Source of the DNA: Thermoanaerobaculia bacterium
GTDB taxonomy: Bacteria; Acidobacteriota; Thermoanaerobaculia; Multivoradales; JAHEKO01
Direction of reading: 5' to 3'
Assembly (NCBI GenBank): GCA_947259195.1
Contig: CAMYLC010000155.1
Coordinates: forward strand, 16,899 to 80,898
Length of the DNA stretch: 64,000 nucleotides
The position numbers were made by a program, and so were the translations under genes. Below, piece by piece: positions 55,964 to 63,853 of the stretch; the first letter of the stretch is position 1, and each line of letters starts with the position of its first letter. Under the pieces are notes generated by a model that saw only the letters and a program-made list of their open reading frames with translations, ran no database searches and was not told the DNA's origin.

Positions 55964-58371
55964 GAGCGCCCGTCTGCAATCTTGGAAGTGGTGCTCCCGA
56001 GCTGGCGGGTTGCAGCCTATTGATCCCTGATGTGCAGTCCGAGCCGTTGCCGATCTTGCCGGTCGAGCCGGCTCCCTGCACTCAGGCATGTCCGGCGGGA
56101 ATCAACGTCAAGGCCTACGTCTCGCTGATCGCCGAGAGCCGTTTTGCGGAAGCCCTGCAGGTTGTTCGGCAGCATTGTCCACTGCCCGGAATTTGCGGTC
56201 GGATCTGTCATCACCCCTGTGAAGCGGTCTGCCGCAGGGGAACGGTCGACGAGCCCATCGCCATCCGCGCCCTGAAGCGGTTCGTCTCCGACCTGGCGAT
56301 CGATGAGGCACCCCCTGCTGCCTGGCCGCTGGTCGACAAGGCCTCCAAGGTCGCGGTCGTGGGGTCGGGCCCAGCTGGCTTGACTGCCGCCTACGACCTG
56401 CGTCGCGCCGGGTATCCGGTCACCCTTTTCGAAGCTGAGCCGGAAGCAGGAGGCATGCTGAGGTATGGGATCACCGAGTATCGCCTGCCTCGTGATGTTC
56501 TGGATTCTGAGATCGAGTACCTCGGTGGGGTCGGTTTGGAGTTCGAGACCGGCTGTCGCGTCGGCCTCGACCTGCAGTTGGAAGAGATGCTCGAGCAGGG
56601 GTTCGTTGCCACCTTGCTGGCCGTCGGCGCTCAGCGCGGACGGCCGCTGAGAGTCCCCGGAGCAGAGTCCTGTGCGGGAGTCGAGGACGCCTTGGCTTTC
56701 TTGCGTCGCGTGAACCACGGTGACCGATCACCGGTGAAGGGTCGAGTCGTGGTGATTGGCGGTGGCTCGACGGCTGTCGAGGCGGCTCGCTCGGCACTGC
56801 GCCTGGGAGCCGAATCCGTGGACATCGTCTACCGGCGCTATCGCGAGGAGCTGTTGGCTGATGAGGAGGAGATCCGGGCAGCGGAGTCGGAAGGCATAGC
56901 ATTCAGATTCCTGGTAGCCCCTAGCCGCCTCCTCATGGGGAACGGGGCTCTTCAGGCCCTGGAGTGCGTCAGGGTCGGACTGGGCGAACCCGACGCTTCA
57001 GGCCGTCGCAGACCCATCCAGATTCCAGGCAGCGAGTTCAGGGTGGAGGCCGATCGAGTCTTGGCTGCGATCGGTCAGGCGGCCGACCTGGATTTCATGC
57101 CCGCAGAAATCCTCGAACAGCTGGCGGAGAACGAGTTGTTGCGGACCGATCCCCTGACTGCGATGACTGGCCTCCAAGGGGTGTTCGCAGCCGGAGATGC
57201 CGTCTCGGGTCCGGCAACGGTGATCGATGCGATAGCCGCCGGCCATAAGGCCGCCGAGGCGATTCATCACTATCTGAAGGAGGGGAGACCCTCGATAGCG
57301 CCGCAACCCCCGGAGATGCGCGCACCGGTGGAGTACGGCCTGCCGGATTCTCCGCCACTGACGGCGGAGAGGGGCCGACCAGAGCTTCGATGCCTGAAGT
57401 CTGGAGCGGAGTTCGCGGAGGTGGAGAGGCCTTTTGGTGAAGCCGAAGCCGTGGACGAGGCTCGACGATGTCTGCGTTGTGGACCCTGCGGCGAGTGTCG
57501 TGTCTGCGCCCCGTCCTGCCGCCGCCGCCACGTCCTGCTGAGCTTTCCGGATGCCGATGGAACGGCCAGCCGGACCCCGGTCCTGCTGCGGGCTCCAGGC
57601 AACATTGCCATGGGTTTGAGCTCTCGATCGACGGCACAGGCCCAATTGCTTCCGGAGAGCCGCCCGCGACTGCTGCGCGAGGTGTCAGCTAGCGAAGGTG
57701 ACCTCGTGGAGGTAGCCCCTTTGAGGGTTCAGATCGTCGAGGAGCAATGCCGGGGATGCGGTCGCTGCGTCGAGGTCTGTCCATTCGAGGCAATCACGAT
57801 GAGCGGTACTGAGCCGGAGGGCACAGCTCGGGTCGAACCCTCTCTCTGTCGTGGCTGCAACCTCTGCTGTGCTGTGTGTCCCACCGCGGCAGCGGAACCG
57901 AACGCCCTGTCTGTCGCTTGGTGGGGATCCAGGCTTTCCGATGCTTTCGACGGTCGGGCCGAGGCAGTCAATGATGCCGGGCCGATCGTCGTCCTGGCCT
58001 GCCAAAGGCGAGCCGGATCGGTGGAACCCACGCTCTATCAGCACTCGGCTCACGTCGAGGTGATCCGGTTCCGATGTGTCGGTCAGGTGGACGCCGGAAT
58101 GCTGGTCGAGCTCTACCGCAGAGGGGCGAGCAGTGTGGTCGTCGCTGGCTGTCAGACCGAACGATGTCGTTTCGGTGAGGGTGCCGAGCTCGCCACTGAA
58201 CAGGTGGCCAGGGCGGAACAGCTGCTCTCCCTCATGGGGGGTGGCACGCATCGTTTGAGGTCGGATTGGTCTGGAGACCGTGCCGGCGATCCCGTCGAGC
58301 GGCCGGTTTTACGCATGATTGCGGAAGTCTTCGGGGCGCGTCCGGGCCTGTCCGGGCAGCAACCCTCGTGA
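55960..58371 (+). CDS. fusion protein: GltD/NfnB-like NAD(P)H-dependent FAD/Fe-S oxidoreductase, Cys cluster, 2x[4Fe-4S] ferredoxin and a divergent MvhD-like domain
   Basis: ATGA overlap with korC. GltD-type blocks: CTQACPAGINV, GICGRICHHPCEAVC, VAVVGSGPAGLTAAYDL and AGGMLRYGITEYRLP. Then CLRCGPCGECRVCAPSC, CRGCGRCVEVCPFEAI and CRGCNLCCAVCP. The C-terminal IVVLACQ...IRFRCVGQVD...VVVAGCQTERCRF resembles MvhD. Confidence 0.8.
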   Translation: MRAPVCNLGSGAPELAGCSLLIPDVQSEPLPILPVEPAPCTQACPAGINVKAYVSLIAESRFAEALQVVRQHCPLPGICGRICHHPCEAVCRRGTVDEPIAIRALKRFVSDLAIDEAPPAAWPLVDKASKVAVVGSGPAGLTAAYDLRRAGYPVTLFEAEPEAGGMLRYGITEYRLPRDVLDSEIEYLGGVGLEFETGCRVGLDLQLEEMLEQGFVATLLAVGAQRGRPLRVPGAESCAGVEDALAFLRRVNHGDRSPVKGRVVVIGGGSTAVEAARSALRLGAESVDIVYRRYREELLADEEEIRAAESEGIAFRFLVAPSRLLMGNGALQALECVRVGLGEPDASGRRRPIQIPGSEFRVEADRVLAAIGQAADLDFMPAEILEQLAENELLRTDPLTAMTGLQGVFAAGDAVSGPATVIDAIAAGHKAAEAIHHYLKEGRPSIAPQPPEMRAPVEYGLPDSPPLTAERGRPELRCLKSGAEFAEVERPFGEAEAVDEARRCLRCGPCGECRVCAPSCRRRHVLLSFPDADGTASRTPVLLRAPGNIAMGLSSRSTAQAQLLPESRPRLLREVSASEGDLVEVAPLRVQIVEEQCRGCGRCVEVCPFEAITMSGTEPEGTARVEPSLCRGCNLCCAVCPTAAAEPNALSVAWWGSRLSDAFDGRAEAVNDAGPIVVLACQRRAGSVEPTLYQHSAHVEVIRFRCVGQVDAGMLVELYRRGASSVVVAGCQTERCRFGEGAELATEQVARAEQLLSLMGGGTHRLRSDWSGDRAGDPVERPVLRMIAEVFGARPGLSGQQPS

Positions 58372-58382
58372 GGAGTGGTGCG

Positions 58383-59573
58383 ATGAGAGACCTCATCCAG
58401 CTCAAGCAATCGACGCAAGCTGCACTCTGCCTGGAGTGCGGTAAATGCAGCACGATGTGCCCGCTGGCGCGCTTCGGAGGGTTCTCGGCGGCTCGCATGA
58501 TGTCGATCCAGGACCCGGAGGCGGAGATTGACGGCCATGCGGCCGCAGTGCAGCGTTGCCTGACTTGCGGCGCCTGTGAAGTGCGATGCCCGCAGGGTGT
58601 TCGCTACACAGAGTTCATTCTTGGATTGCGCCCCGAGCTACCCGAAAATAGCCGATGGTCGTGCCCGCATGGAGCGGTGTTTCAGGAATCGGCCCGCTGG
58701 GCTGCAGAGGGGTCGGTCAATGGCCGCAATACGGCCTGGTTGGAGGATGACCTGATAGTGGCAGAGGAGGGCGAGGTTGGGCTGTTCGTGGGTTGCCTGC
58801 CTCTTTTCGATGTGGTTTTCGGGTCCGAGCTGGACGTCCGCATGGTTGAGATTGCGCGCTCCGCCGTCAGACTGCTGAATCACCTGGGCATTGAGCCGGT
58901 GGTCGTGGCGGACGAGCGCTGTTGTGGCCATGACCTCTTGTGGAGTGGTGAAGAGGGAACGTTCGAAAAGCTGGTTGTGGCCAACACCACGGCTTTTCAA
59001 GAGCGCGGCGTTCGCCACCTCCTGACGACGTGCGCGGAGTGTTGTCGCACCTGGAGCCTCGACTACCCGCGCTATGTGGAGAGCTATCAGCCTCGAGTTC
59101 AGCACATCTCGGAGTTCCTCGCTGAGCGGGTGGAGAGCAACGAGCTGAGATTCCGGGATGTCGGGGAGAGAGGAGCCATGACATTCCACGATCCGTGCAG
59201 GCTGGGCAGGCAGCTGGGAGTCTTCGACGCTCCCAGGACGGTCATGGCCTCGCTGCCGGGAAGCGAAGTCGTGGAGATGGAGAAGTCGGGCGCCGATGCG
59301 CAGTGCTGCGGTACCCCTGGTTTCATCCAATGCAATCGAGACTCGCGACGACTTCAAGCTCAGAGATTGGAGAGTGCCGCGGCGACGGGCGCCACAAAGA
59401 TGGTAACCGCCTGTCCCAAATGTTTGATTCATTTTCGCTGTGCTCAGGCCGAGGATCGTCTCAATGAGCGGCAGGGCGCAGCCGAGCTTCAAATCGAAGA
59501 CCTCACGGTCGTCGCAGCAAGTCTGCTGATGACAAAAAGTGAAACGGAGAAGGACTTGCCGTCGAAGTCCTAG
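58383..59573 (+). CDS. heterodisulfide reductase HdrC-HdrB fusion (2x[4Fe-4S] plus two CCG domains)
   Basis: ATG at 58383 with GAGGAG upstream. HdrC-like CLECGKCSTMCP and CLTCGACEVRCP. Two CCG domains (VGC...ERCCGHD...TCAECC and DPC...AQCCGTPG...ACPKCL). Confidence 0.85.
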   Translation: MRDLIQLKQSTQAALCLECGKCSTMCPLARFGGFSAARMMSIQDPEAEIDGHAAAVQRCLTCGACEVRCPQGVRYTEFILGLRPELPENSRWSCPHGAVFQESARWAAEGSVNGRNTAWLEDDLIVAEEGEVGLFVGCLPLFDVVFGSELDVRMVEIARSAVRLLNHLGIEPVVVADERCCGHDLLWSGEEGTFEKLVVANTTAFQERGVRHLLTTCAECCRTWSLDYPRYVESYQPRVQHISEFLAERVESNELRFRDVGERGAMTFHDPCRLGRQLGVFDAPRTVMASLPGSEVVEMEKSGADAQCCGTPGFIQCNRDSRRLQAQRLESAAATGATKMVTACPKCLIHFRCAQAEDRLNERQGAAELQIEDLTVVAASLLMTKSETEKDLPSKS

Positions 59574-59588
59574 AGACAGGAGAGGTTC

Positions 59589-62069
59589 ATGACAGAGCAA
59601 GCCTTGCGTATCGGTGTCTTCGTGTGCGATTGCGGGCTGAATATCGCCGGCACAGTAGACACAGAAGAGGTTTCCCGCTTTGCCAGCGAGTTGCCCGACG
59701 TCGTGGCAGTCGTTCGCAATCGCTACACCTGTGCCGATCCGGGCCAGAAGGAAATCAAGAAGGCCGTCGCGGAGCACGATTTGAATCGAGTCGTGGTCGC
59801 ATCCTGTACCCCGAAGATCCACGAGCCTACCTTCCGTCACTGTGTGGAAGATGCCGGATTGAATCCCTATCTGGTCGAGATGGCCAATATTCGTGAACAC
59901 TGCAGCTGGGTTCATATTCATGATCGCGAGGCAGCCACCGAGAAGGCGAAAGACCTCGTGCGGAGCGCTGTCGGGCGAGCGCGGGTGTTGGAGCCCCAGG
60001 ACGAGAAGGTCTTTCCGGTGAGCGATGCGGCATTGGTCATCGGCGGGGGAGTGGCTGGCATTCAGACGGCTCTCGAGCTGGCGGATGGTGGACACCAGGT
60101 GTATTTGGTGGAAAAGGAGCCTTCCATAGGCGGGATCATGGCCGCGCTGGACAAGACCTTCCCGACCATGGACTGCTCCATATGAATTCTCGGCCCTAAA
60201 ATGATGGATGCCGGTCGGCATCCCCGCATCGAGTTACTGGTCGATTCCGAGGTCGAGGACATCACGGGCTTCGTAGGCAACTACCGAGCCCTGGTACGGC
60301 GCCGTGCACGCTTCGTCGATTCCAACGAATGTACCTCCTGTGGAGAATGCGAAAAGGTGTGCCCCGTTGTGGTTCCGGACGAGTACCAGGAAGGTCTTTC
60401 TTCGCGCAAGGCCATCTACCTACCGTTTCCACAGGCGGTGCCGTCGGCCTTCAGCCTCGACGGCGAATCCTGCCTGGGATTCAATCCGATCGCCTGTGGC
60501 AAGTGCCTGGAGGTCTGCGACAAGAAGTGCATCGACTTCGATGCCAAGGACGAGCTCATGGATCTCGAAGTGGGAACGGTCGTCGTGGCCACCGGCATGG
60601 AGGTCTACGACCCACGAGAGAACGACGAGTACGGCTACACCCGATTTCCGAACGTCGTCACCAGTATGGAATTCGAGAGACTGATCAATGCCGGCGGCCC
60701 CACCGACGGAGAGCTGGTGCGGCCTTCCGACCGGGCAGTGCCTCTGAGAGTCGGATTCGTCCAGTGTGTCGGCTCTCGATCGGTCCAACGAGGCGTGCCC
60801 TACTGCTCGAACATCTGCTGCATGAACACCATCAAGGAGACGCTGCTGTTGGCGGATCACTATCCGGAGAGTCGGTCGACGGTCTACTACATGGATATCC
60901 GGGCCTTCGGCAAGGGCTTCGAGGACCTGTATCGGCGCAGCCGCGAAGCGGGCGTGCGCTACATCAGGGGATTGCCTGGAACTGTGAAGGAGGCACCCGG
61001 TAGCAGCGATCTCATCGTCGAGGTCGAGAACACGCTGACCGGAACGATGGAGGAGCACCGGCTGGACATGCTCGTCCTGGCGGTGGGGATGGTACCGCGG
61101 CGAGCCAACGGCAACGGCAAGCGCAGCATTGACGAGATCCTGAGCCTCTCGCACACCTCCGATGGCTTTGTCATGGAGGCTCACCCCAAGCTCAAGCCGG
61201 TGGATGCCCCGACCCGTGGGGTCTATTTCGCTGGCTGCGTCGAAGCGCCCAAGGACGTCAAGGACACCGTAACACAGGCCGGGGCGGCAGCCGGAAGAGC
61301 AGCCAACCTGTTGGCTGCCGGGCAGGTTCGAATCGAGGCGATTACGGCGACCCTCGATGCGGACCGCTGTCAACTTTGCACCATCTGTGCCCGGGTCTGT
61401 CCGTTTCACGCCATCGAGCAGGCCGACAAGAAGAAAGGTCTTCTGCCGCATTTTGTGGAGGCAGCCTGCGCCGGCTGTGGCACCTGCGCGGCAGAGTGTC
61501 CTTTCGATGCCATCGACATGCGTCACTTCGCCGACCAACAGGTCCTGGCGCAGATCGACGGCATTCTGGCCGACGATCCCATGCAGAAGATTGTCGGCTT
61601 CGCCTGTAATTGGTGCTCCTACGCCGGCGGCGACAACGCAGGAACCTCGCGGCTCCAGTATCCGGCCTCCGTTCGCCTGATCCGGACCATGTGCAGTGGA
61701 CGGGTCGATCAGGCGTTCATCTGGCACGCTTTTCGGAAGGGGGCCCCTCTGGTGTTGGTGTCGGGCTGTCACTTCACAGACTGCCACTACATCGACGCCG
61801 TGACCTGGACTCAGCGCCGGATTGAGAAGATCTGGTCGAAGATGGAGAAACTCGGTATCCGCCCCGAGCGGCTGCAGTTGGAGTGGATCTCGGCGGCGGA
61901 AGGTCAGAAGTTCGCTCGCGTCATGCAGGAGCTGGACAGCATGTTGCGGCAGGTAACGGCGCAAGAGGTCGAGGAGAGCATGCAGATTCTCGCCAAGGAG
62001 TCGCTGGGAGGGAGTCCCCCCATTCTCCCGAAGAAAGGTAGAGAACAGGTTCTCCCGATCCAGAACTGA
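59589..62069 (+). CDS. hdrA: heterodisulfide reductase subunit A fused to an MvhD domain; selenocysteine (UGA) at codon 199
   Basis: Track ORFs 59589-60185 and 60201-62069 share one frame and are separated only by TGA 60183-60185. The joined sequence reads ...[63 protein letters not shown]. HdrA N-terminal Cys motif [12 protein letters not shown]. Ferredoxin motifs [24 protein letters not shown] and [13 protein letters not shown]-terminal MvhD block [15 protein letters not shown]...CSGRVD...[10 protein letters not shown]. Confidence 0.8.
60203..60230 (+). promoter_or_regulatory. candidate bacterial SECIS hairpin downstream of the hdrA UGA
   Basis: GGAUGCC (60206-60212) pairs with GGCAUCC (60217-60223) around the apical loop GGUC (60213-60216). 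A lower helix GAU (60203-60205) / AUC (60228-60230) lies across a 4-nt 3' bulge. The stem starts 21 nt after the UGA. Confidence 0.55.
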
Positions 62070-62092
62070 AGAGCTAGAGAGGAGATTCGATC

Positions 62093-62287
62093 ATGGCCAA
62101 GCAGATCAAGACTTTCTACTGTCTTCGCTGCCAGCATCGCTTTGCGATGGGCCATGACCCCAAGGAGGTGGTGGAGCGCAGCTGTCCGCAATGTGGCAGC
62201 AACAGCGTCAGATTGGAGACACCACAGGCTGCTGCCAGTCAGGCCTCTTTGGGGGCGAGCAAAACCGCAAAAGGAGGGGTTGCATGA
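62093..62287 (+). CDS. small zinc-ribbon protein (FmdB-like CxxC...CxxC)
   Basis: AGAGAGGAGA RBS. FYCLRCQHRF...CPQCGS motif pair. 64 aa. The stop overlaps the next start (ATGA). Confidence 0.6.
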   Translation: MAKQIKTFYCLRCQHRFAMGHDPKEVVERSCPQCGSNSVRLETPQAAASQASLGASKTAKGGVA

Positions 62288-62757
62288 CGACAGTGGTATC
62301 TCAACAGTGGATCGATCAGGTGCTCGAGGAACACAAACAGCTGCGGGTGATGATCGCTGAAGTACGGCAGATCCTGACCCAGCCGCGACCAGAGGCCGGT
62401 CAGCCTGGCGCCCATTCCTGGGCCGCCGATCTGTCGGTTCGCCTGGTCAAACTCCATGACGAGCTGTTTCGTCACTTTCGGTTCGAGGAATCCATGGGCC
62501 TGGTGGAGGACGTCATCGAACGACATCCCCGTGCCCTCGCCAGGTTGGAGGCGGTCGTCGGTCAGCACCCGGACATGCTTCGCGACCTCAGGTCGATCAT
62601 GACGGATGCCCTGACCTACTCAGAAGGGGAAGTGCCCGAAGATCCGCGCCTTCGGCAACGCACTTTGAACCTGCTGGACGAACTGCATCGACACGAGGTG
62701 GAGGAGACCGACCTGTTTCAACGCCTCGAGTATCGAGACCACGGTGCGATGGACTGA
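62284..62757 (+). CDS. hemerythrin-like (HHE cation-binding) domain protein
   Basis: ATG at 62284. His/Glu pattern EEHKQL..., HDELFRHFRFEE, and HRHEVEETDLF, spaced as in hemerythrin-like four-helix bundles. Confidence 0.55.
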   Translation: MTTVVSQQWIDQVLEEHKQLRVMIAEVRQILTQPRPEAGQPGAHSWAADLSVRLVKLHDELFRHFRFEESMGLVEDVIERHPRALARLEAVVGQHPDMLRDLRSIMTDALTYSEGEVPEDPRLRQRTLNLLDELHRHEVEETDLFQRLEYRDHGAMD

Positions 62758-62968
62758 ATTGCGGAGCCTCTGCCAGTCTGACGGGGTGGGGAGTCAGCCC
62801 ACCCGGTAAGGTGTTCAAAGGCACCGTGCAGCCTGAGAGCATGGAGGCGGAAAGAGTGGGGCAGCCGTTTCGCGCTGGACCCCGCAACTCGAAACCCGGG
62901 AATTGTCAGGGTTGTGCTCGAGTCGTTACGGCTCGAGCTGATGCCGACCCACACCGAAGGAGCGCCCA

Positions 62969-63853
62969 ATGCTGACGAAGGAGCGATACGTGGACACCTT
63001 TCTGGAGCTGATACGCCGGGCCTCTGCCGAATTGCCGAGCGATGTCGTGCAGGCTCTGCAGCAGGGCAGAGACAGAGAGGCGAGCGACAGCTTGGCGCGG
63101 CAGGCTCTGGTCACGATTCTGGACAACGTCGATCTGGCCAGAGCCAAGTCAGCCCCGATTTGTCAAGACACAGGAACACCCGTTGCCTGGGTCAGCTATC
63201 CCGAGGGGACCAGCACCCGCCTGCTCGAAGAGGCCATGCACGAGGCGGTGAAGGAGGCGACTGCGAAGAGTTATCTGCGGCCGAATGCAGTCGATACGCT
63301 GACCGGCAAGAACACCGGTGATGGCGCGGGCCGAGCGATTCCTTTCCTGCATTTCGAAGAATGGGACGAGCCCAAAGTCGAGGTCAGATTGATCCTGAAG
63401 GGTGGAGGCTGCGAGAACGTGGGGGTCCAGTACAAGCTGCCTGACACCGGTCTCCAGGCGGGACGCGATCTGGAAGGTGTCCGTCGCGTTGTCTTGGACG
63501 CGGTGGTTCAGGCGCAGGGGAAGGGTTGCGCGCCCGGCGTTCTGGGTATTTGTATTGGGGGCGACAGGGTTTCCGGATTCTCGGAATCGAAATGTCAGCT
63601 ATTGCGGCCCCTATCGGACACCAATCCCATGGCGGAGTTGGCCGAGTTGGAGGAGCGATTGCTGAAGGAGGCCAACGAGTTGGGGATCGGCCCGATGGGA
63701 TTCGGCGGGAAAACCACGGTTCTTGGAGTCAAAGTCGGTGTGCTGGACCGACTGCCAGCTTCGTACTTCGTGACCATCAGCTACATGTGTTGGGCTGATC
63801 GGCGCGCTGCCGTCAGTCTCGATGAGGAAGGAGCGGCGACATGGCTGAACTGA
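62969..63853 (+). CDS. class I (Fe-S) fumarate hydratase / tartrate dehydratase, alpha subunit
   Basis: GAAGGAG RBS. PICQDTGT motif and GGGCENV, typical of Fe-S hydro-lyase alpha domains. Confidence 0.85.
   Translation: MLTKERYVDTFLELIRRASAELPSDVVQALQQGRDREASDSLARQALVTILDNVDLARAKSAPICQDTGTPVAWVSYPEGTSTRLLEEAMHEAVKEATAKSYLRPNAVDTLTGKNTGDGAGRAIPFLHFEEWDEPKVEVRLILKGGGCENVGVQYKLPDTGLQAGRDLEGVRRVVLDAVVQAQGKGCAPGVLGICIGGDRVSGFSESKCQLLRPLSDTNPMAELAELEERLLKEANELGIGPMGFGGKTTVLGVKVGVLDRLPASYFVTISYMCWADRRAAVSLDEEGAATWLN

Noticed and set aside
58638-61964. Two long minus-strand ORFs (58638-60221, 527 aa; 60420-61964, 514 aa) antisense to hdrCB and hdrA.
   Set aside because: The plus-strand genes carry dense, canonical Fe-S, CCG, FAD and MvhD motifs. 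The antisense translations are Arg/Gly/His-rich without motifs. They are shadow ORFs.
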